From the NCBI GenBank assembly GCA_963833575.1, contig CAWHXY010000007.1:384001-448000 (forward strand): a stretch of 64,000 nucleotides of DNA, read 5' to 3'. The position numbers were made by a program, and so were the translations under genes. Of this stretch, positions 39,055 to 49,083 are shown in pieces. The DNA is from Candidatus Bathyarchaeota archaeon (lineage in GTDB: Archaea; Thermoproteota; Bathyarchaeia; Bathyarchaeales; Bathycorpusculaceae). How positions within the stretch are numbered: position 1 is the stretch's first letter; every line of letters begins with the position of its first letter. Under the pieces are notes generated by a model. The model did no database searches. It was not told the origin of the DNA and worked only from the letters and a program-made list of their open reading frames with translations.

Positions 39055-39929
39055 GTGCAGGTGCCTCCTGAAGGTGCATTACTGTGAGTAGTTAACTTTT
39101 CCTCGTTGGTGTAGCTTTTGAGCCTCTGGACAAGTTCTTTAAAGTTAACTTGGTGAGCGTCAAATTCTGGACCGTCCACACAAGCGAACTGGGTTTTTTC
39201 GCCTACGGAAACCCGGCAGGCCCCACACATGCCCATGCCATCAACCATGATTGGATTTAGACTGACGATTGTTTTTATGCCGAATGGACGCGTAACTTCA
39301 GCTACAGCGTTCATCATCATCGGCGGACCAACAACAAAGACGAGATCGAATTTATAGTCTTCACTGATTAGGGCTTTTAGAACGTCGATGACGAAACCTT
39401 TCTGCCCTTTTGAACCATCGCCAGTTGAAAAATAAATTTCGTCGGAAACCGTTATCATCTCCGGCGTCAATATGAAAAGGTCTTTGTTTCGTGCACCCAT
39501 AATGGTTAAAACGCAGTTTTTTGCTTCTTTGAGAGCTTTAGCAACAGGGTACGCTACGGCAGTCCCAACGCCGCCACAAACCACTGCGACTTTGCCGTAG
39601 TTTTGGATTTCGCTAGGTTTTCCCAAAGGGCCTGCAAGGTTTTGGATTTTTTCACCGGCTTCGAGTTTGCCGAGTTCAATTGTTGAGTAACCGACTTCTT
39701 GGAATATGATGGTGATTGTACCTTCGTGTTTGTCCCAATTTGCTAAGGTTAGGGGGATTCGTTCACTGTTTGCATGTGCTTTAAGGATTACGAATTGTCC
39801 GGGTTGGGCTTTTTGAGCTATAGTTGGGGCATGGATTTTTAAGAGTTTTACTTGTGGGTTTAGTTGTTGTTTTTGGATGATTTTGTTGTTGTCTGCTTCT
39901 TTTTTTGTTTGGGTTTGAGGCATTTTCAC
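39039..39929 (-). CDS. NfnA/SudB small subunit (FAD/NAD-binding, 2Fe-2S)
   Basis: PGQFVI, ERIPLT, GPLG, GGVG, MVDGMGMCGACRV, CVDGPEF. Confidence 0.93.
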   Translation of the reverse strand: MKMPQTQTKKEADNNKIIQKQQLNPQVKLLKIHAPTIAQKAQPGQFVILKAHANSERIPLTLANWDKHEGTITIIFQEVGYSTIELGKLEAGEKIQNLAGPLGKPSEIQNYGKVAVVCGGVGTAVAYPVAKALKEAKNCVLTIMGARNKDLFILTPEMITVSDEIYFSTGDGSKGQKGFVIDVLKALISEDYKFDLVFVVGPPMMMNAVAEVTRPFGIKTIVSLNPIMVDGMGMCGACRVSVGEKTQFACVDGPEFDAHQVNFKELVQRLKSYTNEEKLTTHSNAPSGGTCTCHSH

Positions 39930-39994
39930 GTTCTCCCTTTACACTATACAATAAATACTCGTATAGTCGGTATATACAATATATACTATAAAAG

Positions 39995-40018
39995 CGTTAT
40001 GATTACACAAACATGACG
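39995..40018. promoter_or_regulatory. candidate ModE-type operator upstream of modE-like gene
   Basis: CGTTATG-N10-CATGACG inverted repeat just after a TATAAAA element. Confidence 0.55.
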
Positions 40019-40429
40019 AGCTCATGTAAGAAAACTAGAACCCAAACAAGCATTAAACTTAAGTCTCCCTCTCGCACCAACATACAAACAGTGACTAACA
40101 TGTGCACCCTACGCTTTGAAACCAAACTCTGGATGGTAAACGAAAAAGACGAAGCAGTTTTCGGAGACGGCTTAGCCGAACTTCTCGAAACAATAGGCAA
40201 ACACCACTCAATTTTAGGAGCAGCTGAACAGTTAAAAATGTCTTACAGATACGCCTTACACAGAATAACTTTGGCCGAAAAAAGACTAGGGCAACCATTA
40301 GTCATACGCGTTCACGGCGGAGCAAAAGGCGGCGGCTCATCAGAGGTCACGGATTTTGGCAGGGAACTTGTAAAACGGTATCGAACCGCGCAAACGGAAC
40401 TTCAACAGATTTTAGAACAAATGCATTAG
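40013..40429 (+). CDS. ModE-like winged-helix regulator without TOBE domains
   Basis: KLW...FGDG.AELLETI...SILGAAEQLKMSYR...GGAKGGGSEVT; start uncertain (ATG 40100 possible). Confidence 0.85.
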   Translation: MTSSCKKTRTQTSIKLKSPSRTNIQTVTNMCTLRFETKLWMVNEKDEAVFGDGLAELLETIGKHHSILGAAEQLKMSYRYALHRITLAEKRLGQPLVIRVHGGAKGGGSSEVTDFGRELVKRYRTAQTELQQILEQMH

Positions 40430-40536
40430 ATTCTGAGTTTTTCTCAGTCTTGTTTGTTAACAGTTCTGTTATTGTTATCATTTGTATGTTTCACTTTTTT
40501 TGCTTGGCAAGAAATGTTTATATCCAAAACAAAACT

Positions 40537-40562
40537 TCGATATGACTCAATTATAACATCGA
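40537..40562. promoter_or_regulatory. candidate ModE-type operator upstream of modA
   Basis: TCGATATG-N10-AACATCGA, same CG-N20-CG spacing as 39995-40018, downstream of TTTATAT box at ~40517. Confidence 0.6.
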
Positions 40563-40573
40563 GGAAAATTAGA

Positions 40574-41602
40574 ATGAACAACAAATATATTGCCATAATA
40601 TTAACAGTCATAATTATCATAGCTGCGGTAGCAGGTTACTTAGCATACTCGGGAACATTCTCCGGAAACGCCAACACTAAACCATCACCGACCCCAACCC
40701 TAACGCCCACCCCAACAATTTCGCCAACAACGACGCCAACTGCTTCACCTTCACCCACTCCAACACACACGGCATCACCGACACCAACACCCTCACCGAC
40801 CCCTACGCCCACACCCACGCCCTCTCCACCACCCACAACACTCACAGTGTTCGTAGCCTCAAGCATGTCCAACGTCATCGCAAACATGACCCAAGCATTC
40901 GACAAGCAATATAACTGCAACATAGTAGTCAACTCTGGATCTTCAAGCACACTTGAAGGACAAATCGCTCAAGGCGTACCATGCGATGTCTTCTTGTCCG
41001 CTGACATCAAATGGACCAACACACTAAACGCTACAGCCGGAACATACGGCAACTTCATCACCAACTTCACAACAAACAAACTATGTGTTATCATAGCTCC
41101 GGGCAACCCGAAAAACATCACATCACTAGCCGATTTAGCGTCTAATGCTACAGGTACTAACAAGATACATATCGTAATAGCGCAGACAACCGTACCTGTA
41201 GGCTCATACACAAACCAAACCCTGACAAACATTAGTAACACATGGGGCAACTCGAGCTCGCCAAGCTACGTCACAAACGGTTCTTACGTCAACTATTACA
41301 CGAATTTCCAAAACAACGTCATTAATACATTACAAACTGACGAACAAGTCGTTGGCGCCGTCAACCTCAACGTTGGTGTGGCTGACGCTGGTATCGTATT
41401 CTATTCTGATGAAGTTTATGCTAACATGGCACAACAAACAGTACAATTCATTTCTATACCTAACTCTGTAAACACCATTGGCACTTACGGCATTTGCATA
41501 CCTAGCGAAACAACTCAATCAGCTCTAGCGCAAGACTTCTATAATTACTGGCTTTCAACTCAAGGACAAGCGTTACTAACAGAATTCGGATTCGGGTCAT
41601 AA
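40574..41602 (+). CDS. modA: molybdate/tungstate ABC transporter substrate-binding protein
   Basis: N-terminal TM, PT linker, [42 protein letters not shown]. Confidence 0.9.
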   Translation: MNNKYIAIILTVIIIIAAVAGYLAYSGTFSGNANTKPSPTPTLTPTPTISPTTTPTASPSPTPTHTASPTPTPSPTPTPTPTPSPPPTTLTVFVASSMSNVIANMTQAFDKQYNCNIVVNSGSSSTLEGQIAQGVPCDVFLSADIKWTNTLNATAGTYGNFITNFTTNKLCVIIAPGNPKNITSLADLASNATGTNKIHIVIAQTTVPVGSYTNQTLTNISNTWGNSSSPSYVTNGSYVNYYTNFQNNVINTLQTDEQVVGAVNLNVGVADAGIVFYSDEVYANMAQQTVQFISIPNSVNTIGTYGICIPSETTQSALAQDFYNYWLSTQGQALLTEFGFGS

Positions 41603-41657
41603 AAGTGATATTAAGCACTTCTGTACCCTTTTTTTCAGTTATCAACCGGTGTGACTA

Positions 41658-42476
41658 TTGAAGCATAGCTTTGCTAATTCTATATCAGACAAAATAATAA
41701 TTATAATTATTGGTCTTATAGTATTAACATATTTTCTTTTTATAACGGTGCCCATTTTAGCAGTTTTTTTGAAAATCGAACCAAGCCAAGTCAGCGCTCA
41801 AATTCGTAACGCCGGAATCATAGAAGCAATAAAACTCAGCTTAATTACATCAGCCATAGCAACGGTAATTGCTTTTGTCTTAGCGGTCCCATCGGCTTAT
41901 TTTATAGTGACCAGGAATTTTCCGGGAAAAATAATCATCGATACTCTTATGGATTTGCCCATAGTGTTGCCGCCTGCTGTAGCGGGTGTGGCATTGCTGT
42001 ACACTTTTGCCCCCAAAGGGTTACTGGGTCCAATATTCAATAGATTTGGATACATTATCCCAGGAAGCACAATAGCTGTAATTATTGCGGAAACTTTTGT
42101 CGCATCCCCGTTTCTTTTCAGATCGGCTAAAGTTGGATTTGAAAATATGGACAGAGATATCGTTAACAGCGCTAAAATGTTAAGTGGGTCTCGCATCAGG
42201 GTATTTTTCACGGTAACCTTTCCGCTTTCAATACGAGCGATAATTTCTGGAGCCATGATGACGTGGGCAAGAGCCATGGGTGAGTTTGGCGCAACGCTTA
42301 TGTTTGCGGGAAACATTGCAGGGATAACTCAGACGATGCCCTTAGCAATTTACAACTTCTTGTATTACGATCCCTTAGCTGGAATTACTTTATCTGTTAT
42401 ATTAATCATCATTTCATTCTCAATTCTGATTATAGTTAAGCTTCTTGAACAGAAAAAGTTTGGAGCCAAAAAATGA
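41658..42476 (+). CDS. modB: molybdate ABC transporter permease
   Basis: DLPIVLPPAVAG, WARAMGEFGAT..FAGN..TQTMPLAIY. Confidence 0.93.
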   Translation: MKHSFANSISDKIIIIIIGLIVLTYFLFITVPILAVFLKIEPSQVSAQIRNAGIIEAIKLSLITSAIATVIAFVLAVPSAYFIVTRNFPGKIIIDTLMDLPIVLPPAVAGVALLYTFAPKGLLGPIFNRFGYIIPGSTIAVIIAETFVASPFLFRSAKVGFENMDRDIVNSAKMLSGSRIRVFFTVTFPLSIRAIISGAMMTWARAMGEFGATLMFAGNIAGITQTMPLAIYNFLYYDPLAGITLSVILIIISFSILIIVKLLEQKKFGAKK

Positions 42477-43576
42477 TACAGATTAATTCAATTTCAAAAG
42501 CCTTTAGCGAAAAAAAAGTTCTGGAAAACCTCAGTCTTGAAGTCAAAGAAAACGAAATCTTGTCACTGCTTGGGCCAAACGGGTGTGGAAAAACAACGCT
42601 GTTAAACATACTTTCGGGTTTGACCAGACAAGATGAAGGCAATATTTACATTAAGGATGTCTTAGTCAGCGGAAAAATGAGCACTAAGAAAATTTACATT
42701 AAGCCATCAGACCGCAAAGTTGGTTATGTATTTCAAAATATATCTCTTTTTCCGCACATGCGAGTTAAAGATAATGTCGCTTACGGATTAAAGGCACTAC
42801 ATTTGCCCAAGCATGAAGTTAAAAAAAGAACAGAGAAACTGCTTGATTTTGTTGGCCTCAACGAATACACGAAGTTTTATCCAAGCCAACTCAGCGGTGG
42901 ACAAAAGCAGCGCATTGCTTTAGCCAGATCTTTGGCGACTGAACCTCAAGTGCTGCTTTTAGATGAACCCGTCTCCGCTGTTGATCCTCAATTAAGGGAA
43001 TCTTTCAGACTTGAACTCAAGAACTATTTGCAGGCACTTAAAATCACCGTAGTTTACGTTACACATAATTTGTCTGAGGCCTTCGTTATGTCTGACAGAA
43101 TAGCGGTGATGGGCAACGGGCGAATAGAGCAGATAGGAAACAGAACAGAAATTTTTGACAAGCCCAGTTCGTCTTACGTTGCAAAGTTTCTTGGAGTCAA
43201 TGTTTTCAAAGGAAAAAGTGTTGGAACCCAAGCTGGCTTACTGGAAATTGAAGTGAATGGTGCACAATTATTTGGGCATGCAACCGATAATTTAATTGGA
43301 AAAAGAGTAATGGCTACGGTTAAGCCAGATAACATTATTATTTCAAGGTCGGCAGATGCAGATTTTAACGGGACGCTAGTCAATGCTGTTGAGTGCACAA
43401 TAAGTGAGATGACTCAAATGCGGTCAACAGTGCAAATTACCGTCGACGCAGGATTCCTGTTAAAGACCAGACTTTCGTTAAGCGAGGTTAAAAAATTAGC
43501 TTTAGCAATAGGGGATAAAGTGTACGCCCGTTTCAGTGCCGACTCACTAAATGTCTTTGCCGACGACAACAATTAA
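42473..43576 (+). CDS. modC: molybdate ABC transporter ATP-binding protein with TOBE domain
   Basis: GPNGCGKTT, LSGGQKQR, LLLDEP, VTH; follows modB. Confidence 0.88.
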   Translation: MIQINSISKAFSEKKVLENLSLEVKENEILSLLGPNGCGKTTLLNILSGLTRQDEGNIYIKDVLVSGKMSTKKIYIKPSDRKVGYVFQNISLFPHMRVKDNVAYGLKALHLPKHEVKKRTEKLLDFVGLNEYTKFYPSQLSGGQKQRIALARSLATEPQVLLLDEPVSAVDPQLRESFRLELKNYLQALKITVVYVTHNLSEAFVMSDRIAVMGNGRIEQIGNRTEIFDKPSSSYVAKFLGVNVFKGKSVGTQAGLLEIEVNGAQLFGHATDNLIGKRVMATVKPDNIIISRSADADFNGTLVNAVECTISEMTQMRSTVQITVDAGFLLKTRLSLSEVKKLALAIGDKVYARFSADSLNVFADDNN

Positions 43577-43679
43577 TAACATTTTACATCCAAAATAGCT
43601 CTTCGTTCGACCAAATCCATCCATCTTAACTTTGGTTGATTCACATCGTTGTTCAAAGAAAACTCAAAATGGAAAGATT

Positions 43680-45008
43680 TTACGAATGATGCTGAAGAGC
43701 GTAGCGTGCAGCGTCCAAGATCATACCGTTGGTGTTACTGCCTAGCCCCGGAACTGCGCGACCGGTAGTGTCAGCTCCGTCAGAGTAGCCGGTTGTAGGG
43801 TTAGGAAGATCTTTTTCAAGGTAAACGATGGTATTCTGGGCGTAAGTTGAATTATAAAGGGCTAAGAAACTAAATGCTACTTTACTGTAAACAATGGCAT
43901 TACCTGAATATAATGCGCCTCCAGACGTAGTTATTTCCCATGGAGTGCCATCTGGTCCAACTATCCATTCCCATAGATACTGGCTTGTGAAACTGTTTCC
44001 TTCGCTAAAAGCTACGTATTGACCTGTCGCATTATAGTAGGCTTCATGTGCGAGAAGAACCTGGTTTGCCAAGGTCAATAATTTGGAGTCGGTACTGTTT
44101 ACTTCGAAAATGGAGCATAGCATTGGTTCACAAGCAAGGGGAACTTTAGGCAATGAAACGTTACCATATGTTGTCACAGTTGGAGAACTAACGATGTTGT
44201 TTATTATGCTTTCCGGGACGCTACCGAGTTGTTGAGGCCAAAAGCTCGCGTATCCTCTATCAAAATAGTACCCGTAAATACTGTTTGAACTAGCATCACT
44301 TTCAAGACCAGGTATTAAAGCAGTGTAATCTGACCTATTACCATAGTTATCGTAGACAAAGTTGTTTATCCTTTGAGCCCAGCTTGGGTTGTACGTTTTT
44401 AGATTGTTGAGGGCAACAAATAATCGTCCAGTATCAACTATATCAACGGTACCTGTTGCCGTATCAGACAGTGAATGATAATCTTTTCCAGTCGTTGCAT
44501 CGTAGAACCAGAAAGGATAATGCGTAGTTTCATTCAGAGGCCGATTTTCCAAGTAACTTAATACCTTGTCTAACCGTGCGTAAGAACCCCACGTTCCGTT
44601 AGTGCTTATCAAGCCTATTTCCTGCGCGTCAATTACCGCCTGAATATAAACGCCTAAGTCCCAATCGGTAAGAGCTTTAAAGTATATGCCCCCAGCATAA
44701 GGAAGCCCAGTGTTATCGTCCACACCGATACCAGGTTGAAAATATGCCCAAGCATTATTAGCAACTCCAAGCCACATAGCAGAATTAACGGGTTGTCCAG
44801 TCTCGATTAATCCAGAGTTTCTAGTAGGATTCTGCTTTATGCCTAACCATTTTGATAGGTTTGAACTTTGGCCTGGTACAAAAGCAAAAAAAGAAAACAG
44901 CAAAGTGGCTATGATGACAAAAGCCACAAACAATTTTATTTTTCCGCTTAAGCGGAATTTAGATAATTTTTGAGCCATTGAAGCCACTGAGGTTTTTTGA
45001 TGCAACAT
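43680..45008 (-). CDS. DUF3131-like membrane-anchored putative glycoside hydrolase
   Basis: N-terminal TM; AWAYF..GVD..TGLP; TDWDLGVY; DTGRL..AL; AFSEG; SNTNGMIL. Confidence 0.7.
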   Translation of the reverse strand: MLHQKTSVASMAQKLSKFRLSGKIKLFVAFVIIATLLFSFFAFVPGQSSNLSKWLGIKQNPTRNSGLIETGQPVNSAMWLGVANNAWAYFQPGIGVDDNTGLPYAGGIYFKALTDWDLGVYIQAVIDAQEIGLISTNGTWGSYARLDKVLSYLENRPLNETTHYPFWFYDATTGKDYHSLSDTATGTVDIVDTGRLFVALNNLKTYNPSWAQRINNFVYDNYGNRSDYTALIPGLESDASSNSIYGYYFDRGYASFWPQQLGSVPESIINNIVSSPTVTTYGNVSLPKVPLACEPMLCSIFEVNSTDSKLLTLANQVLLAHEAYYNATGQYVAFSEGNSFTSQYLWEWIVGPDGTPWEITTSGGALYSGNAIVYSKVAFSFLALYNSTYAQNTIVYLEKDLPNPTTGYSDGADTTGRAVPGLGSNTNGMILDAARYALQHHS

Positions 45009-45219
45009 GGATAAATAAGGTTTGATTTAAAACTATACCAAAATTAGGCTGCACACACGACTTAAGAAGCGGAATCAAATTCGAGTTCTCATCCGAAATA
45101 ACATATTCCAAATTAAGCATCAAGCCCCAAAAATAGAGTTTTTCGATATGCAACATGAAAAGCAAGGCGCAATTTATAAAAACGAATCGATTAATCTTCA
45201 AGCAGGAGTGTGAACCCGT

Positions 45220-45771
45220 ACGGTTTTAGTTGTTGCTGCTGTAGGCGTAAGCGGTTCAGGAAAAACAGTAACCTTAGAATACTTAGTTTCCAAGCTTTCA
45301 GCGGAAGGCTACAAAATCGGCTCAATCAAACACGTCCACCACAAGGGTTTTACGATGGACAAAGAGGGCACGAACACTTGGCGGTACGCTAAAGCAGGCG
45401 CTAAAGTAATCGTAGCCATTTCGCCTGAAGAAATAGATATCATTAGGAAAACTGAGCTTGCACTTAACGACTTAGACAATATAATCGGGTTGCTGAAACA
45501 AGAAAAACTAGATATTGTTTTCATTGAAGGCTTCCACAGTTTAATCGCTAAGAGAGCAGATGTACCTAAAATAATCACAGCAAAAGACCAAAAAGGCCTT
45601 GAGCAGACTTTGGAGGGTACTATTCAACCGATTTTGGCGATAGCGGGAATAGTAGCTGAAGAATCAAGCAGCGCAGTATACAACAACATTCCAATTATTA
45701 GGGTGCCTGAAGATGGGCAAAAACTTGTAGAACTTATCAAAAAACAGTTAACACAAAATGAAACGGCTTAA
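45220..45771 (+). CDS. mobB: molybdopterin-guanine dinucleotide biosynthesis protein B
   Basis: Frame extends 45 codons upstream of the ORF-track ATG and holds VGVSGSGKT and GSIKH; then DKEGTNTWR and DIVFIEGF; inferred ACG start. Confidence 0.88.
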   Translation, partial: TVLVVAAVGVSGSGKTVTLEYLVSKLSAEGYKIGSIKHVHHKGFTMDKEGTNTWRYAKAGAKVIVAISPEEIDIIRKTELALNDLDNIIGLLKQEKLDIVFIEGFHSLIAKRADVPKIITAKDQKGLEQTLEGTIQPILAIAGIVAEESSSAVYNNIPIIRVPEDGQKLVELIKKQLTQNETA

Positions 45772-46874
45772 TGAGGAAACTGGCGATGGCTAAGCGGGCT
45801 GCATTGATTTTGGCAGGAGGAAAAGCTCGCAGATTCCAATCAATAGACAAAACCTGGCAAGACAAAGCCCTCGCAGAGCTCTCAGGAAAACCCCTACTGA
45901 TACATGCCATCGAAAATGTGGCTGACGTTGTGGACGAGGTCGCAGTAAGCGTAAATGATGAAGTACGTAAAGAAAAGTACACGGAAATTCTGAAAGAATA
46001 TGCTTTACAAAATGTTGAATTGATTGTTGACGAGGATTTTAGCCATATTAGTGGTCCTAACGTTGCCATTTTGTCTGGATTGAAAGCGATTAAAGCCACT
46101 TATTGTTTAACGTTACCCTGTGACATGCCGTTTCTCCAATCAAAGGTAGCTGATTATCTATTCAACGAGGCAGAGCGTTTTGAAGTCGCTGTTCCCATGT
46201 GGCCTAACGGCAGGCTTGAAACATTGCTGATGGTTCTGAAACGCTATGTTGCTTTAGAAATCACCGAAACACTTTGCGGCTTAAAGCGGCCACGTTCAGA
46301 CGACATCCCAAGAGGCGCCTCAAAACTGCTGCTGGCTTCTCCAATGAACCATATTAAAACCCTTGATCCAGAACTTAAAAGCTTCATCAACATAAACTCC
46401 AAAGAAGACCTGTTCAAACTACAAACCCGACGTTCGCATGGCCCCGTCACAGAAAACCTCAAGCTGAACGCGAATGCTTTAGCAATTTCTGATTTGCAAC
46501 TTCTTCGGAAAGGCGCCGAATTAATACAGGAAAACGAACTTTCGGACGCGCAGATGACATTTGGTCAGTGTGCCAGCAACTTTGAGTTTTCGAACTCGCA
46601 TTTTTGGGCAGCGTTAAGTCGGGAAAACCAAGGTGAAACATTTCTGAAGATGTCCCAGCTCCAACCTGACCCTAAAACTGCTGTCGAATTGGATTTTGAT
46701 GGCAAAGAGACTTTCGTTGAGGCTGCAAACAATTATCGATTAGAAGCAGAAATGTACGATGAAAACCGCTGCCGATTGCTAGCTGAACGAGCTTGGGCTG
46801 ACAAAGCATGGTGCGAGTCATGGGCTATGGGGAAACACAGCCATGCTCACAGATATCCATCTAAAATACGTTAG
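45771..46874 (+). CDS. mobA: molybdenum cofactor guanylyltransferase with C-terminal helical extension
   Basis: ILAGGKARRF, DKAL, GP..AI..GL, LPCDMPF, SFININSKEDL. Confidence 0.88.
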   Translation: MRKLAMAKRAALILAGGKARRFQSIDKTWQDKALAELSGKPLLIHAIENVADVVDEVAVSVNDEVRKEKYTEILKEYALQNVELIVDEDFSHISGPNVAILSGLKAIKATYCLTLPCDMPFLQSKVADYLFNEAERFEVAVPMWPNGRLETLLMVLKRYVALEITETLCGLKRPRSDDIPRGASKLLLASPMNHIKTLDPELKSFININSKEDLFKLQTRRSHGPVTENLKLNANALAISDLQLLRKGAELIQENELSDAQMTFGQCASNFEFSNSHFWAALSRENQGETFLKMSQLQPDPKTAVELDFDGKETFVEAANNYRLEAEMYDENRCRLLAERAWADKAWCESWAMGKHSHAHRYPSKIR

Positions 46875-46881
46875 AATTGGT

Positions 46882-48150
46882 TCAGGTAATCTGCGTCATT
46901 TCTAGTTTTCCGAACAAATGAACGTCTACCTTAGAGTCTTTAGCACACTTTGTGTGAGGGGGAATGATTGAGTATCCGTTTGATTTTGTAATGGTTCTTA
47001 GGGCACTCGAACCGCCTTCAACTTGCTCAGCCAAAAGCTTACCCTCAACCCGTTTTAGATGAAGGAGCAGAAACCTGAATTGCGGACCAGAATCCACCGC
47101 TTCTGACAACTCAGCAGTCAAAAATGGGAGCAAACCGTCGCCCTCTAAACCGCAGAATTGTCGGATTATTGGGGCCACAAAAAGATAGAAGCCCGCAATG
47201 CAAGAACCAATGTGACCCGGCAGCATCACAACGGGTTTATTCTTAATGATACCGAAGCCTGAAACAGCACCAGGTCTCAGCGAGATGCCCTGCACAACAA
47301 CTCCCGGTTTTCCAAGCTGGTTTATTGCGTCTGGAACAAAGTCTTTCATACCCACCGACGTGCCGCCGATGGTAACAACGATATCTGCGTCGGTTAGTGC
47401 TTCGCCGATTTTGGCTTGCACCTGTTCCAGTTTGTCAGGCATTATACCCTTCACTTCGGCTGTTGCTCCTAATTCAAACGCCAATCCCGCAATCACCAAA
47501 GCATAGTTATTTGCGATTTTGGATGGGTCTTTTCTGCATTGGTTGATGAGTTCGTCTCCGCCTGACAAGATAGCGATTGTTGGCTTTTTGTAAACTTCAG
47601 CTTCGTTCATGCCGATTGAGGCGAGCAAACCGATGTCTTGCGGTCGCAGAACCTGCCCACATCTGAGGATCAGTGTGCCTTGTCTTACGTCGTCGCCCAT
47701 AGGTATGACGCCTTCACCTAACTTGATTTCTCGAACTACCTCGATTTTGTCCCCGTTTAGGCGGGTTTCTTCCGCTTTAACGGTTGAGGCCGCTCCTTTT
47801 GGGATGGGGGCTCCGCATGCAACGTAGATGGCTTCGCCGCCTGCCACCTCAGCCGTGGTAGGGTAGTTAGCTGGAAACAACTTGCCAACAACTCTGAAGG
47901 TTGCAGGCTTAGGGGGTGAGGCGCCAGCAGTGTCTTTGGGGTTGATTGCGTAGCCGTCGATGAAAGTTTTATCATAAGCTGGTATGTTGATTTTTGAAGT
48001 CGCATCTTTGGCTAAGACTCTACCAAGTGCTTCAGCTAAATTGACTTTTTCTGTCGACAACTTTTTTGACTTCACAGCATCAAGAAGCTTAGCTTGTGCT
48101 TCTTTTGGGTCAGCGCGTTTTGGCAATCGCATAATATCAGGTCGATTCAT
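46882..48150 (-). CDS. moeA: molybdopterin molybdotransferase
   Basis: ALGRVLA, DGYA, GAPIPKGA, SGGDEL, GGTSVGMKDFVP, LRPG, LPG. Confidence 0.92.
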   Translation of the reverse strand: MNRPDIMRLPKRADPKEAQAKLLDAVKSKKLSTEKVNLAEALGRVLAKDATSKINIPAYDKTFIDGYAINPKDTAGASPPKPATFRVVGKLFPANYPTTAEVAGGEAIYVACGAPIPKGAASTVKAEETRLNGDKIEVVREIKLGEGVIPMGDDVRQGTLILRCGQVLRPQDIGLLASIGMNEAEVYKKPTIAILSGGDELINQCRKDPSKIANNYALVIAGLAFELGATAEVKGIMPDKLEQVQAKIGEALTDADIVVTIGGTSVGMKDFVPDAINQLGKPGVVVQGISLRPGAVSGFGIIKNKPVVMLPGHIGSCIAGFYLFVAPIIRQFCGLEGDGLLPFLTAELSEAVDSGPQFRFLLLHLKRVEGKLLAEQVEGGSSALRTITKSNGYSIIPPHTKCAKDSKVDVHLFGKLEMTQIT

Positions 48151-48158
48151 CAGCTCAC

Positions 48159-48944
48159 CTATAGAATGATTCTTTCGAGCCCTGTGTAAACGTTCATGCG
48201 GTGTACACGCACAAAACCCACCAATGCTATATTGGCTTTTTCAGCTGAAGAAATTCCCGAATTCAAAACTGCCGCCACCGAAGCGACAATGGGCAAACCA
48301 ACTTTTGCCGCCTTGTAAATCATGTCACCCGGCACGCGCCCCGTAATGATCATGAAACATTGGCTGAAATCCTCCCTGTTCAGCGACGCTTGCCCTATGA
48401 CTTTGTCAACAGTGTTGTGCCTTCCAACATCCTCGGAAAAAGCGACCATCTTGCCGTCTGCCGTAAAAATTCCAGAGTCATGAAGCCCTCCAGTTTCTTT
48501 GAAACCTCTTGCAAGGCTGTTCATCTGATTAATCCCTTCCATTATAACTTCTGCTTTAACTGCCAAGTTGGATTTTACGACGGGTATTTTCTCATCATGC
48601 TGATAGGGCGATGTACTTGCCTTAATCAGCGGGATTATACGGGTGCTTCGCCGTGAGTTTTTCATTCGCTCATCCAAATCAACGCTTTCCGTTAGATAGA
48701 TCTCGCACTTGTTCTTTTCCTCATCTGAGCATAATGATTTTATTTCGTCAACTGTCCTCAAAATATTCTCCGCAAGCAAGTAACCGACTGCAAGCTCCTT
48801 AAACTGTGAGGGAGAGCACCAAATGACAAACGTGTAAGAATTATTTAATGAAATTTGAAGAGGAACCTCTTCAGCAACGCAATCAATCATTTTTTCCGCT
48901 TTTCCCGTGGCTAAGTCAAGCTTTACAATTTCAACTTGGCGCAT
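48159..48944 (-). CDS. fdhD: FdhD-family accessory protein lacking the catalytic Cys loop
   Basis: VAEEVPL, ELAVGYL, TGGLH, EDVGRHNTVDKVIG, TGR, LVGFVR. Confidence 0.9.
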   Translation of the reverse strand: MRQVEIVKLDLATGKAEKMIDCVAEEVPLQISLNNSYTFVIWCSPSQFKELAVGYLLAENILRTVDEIKSLCSDEEKNKCEIYLTESVDLDERMKNSRRSTRIIPLIKASTSPYQHDEKIPVVKSNLAVKAEVIMEGINQMNSLARGFKETGGLHDSGIFTADGKMVAFSEDVGRHNTVDKVIGQASLNREDFSQCFMIITGRVPGDMIYKAAKVGLPIVASVAAVLNSGISSAEKANIALVGFVRVHRMNVYTGLERIIL

Positions 48945-49083
48945 AACGCTGATCCTCTGTTTATTGTTTTGTTTGAGCTCAGCGGCGTTGATAAGTTATT
49001 CGGCTACCTAAAAAGTCTGCAGATGAAAAAATAAAGTGAAAAATAAAAATTAAGCTGATGCGAATAGCGTTGCTAAGTAAGAA

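Noticed and set aside
40680-40835. Repetitive DNA in modA and its antisense VG-repeat ORF
   Set aside because: Explained by an ordinary Pro/Thr linker after the membrane anchor
45208-45213. GTG-TGA in frame with mobB as possible selenocysteine readthrough
   Set aside because: Sec at residue 2 of MobB has no functional rationale, no SECIS-like hairpin was recognised, and the GTG overlaps the likely SD sequence
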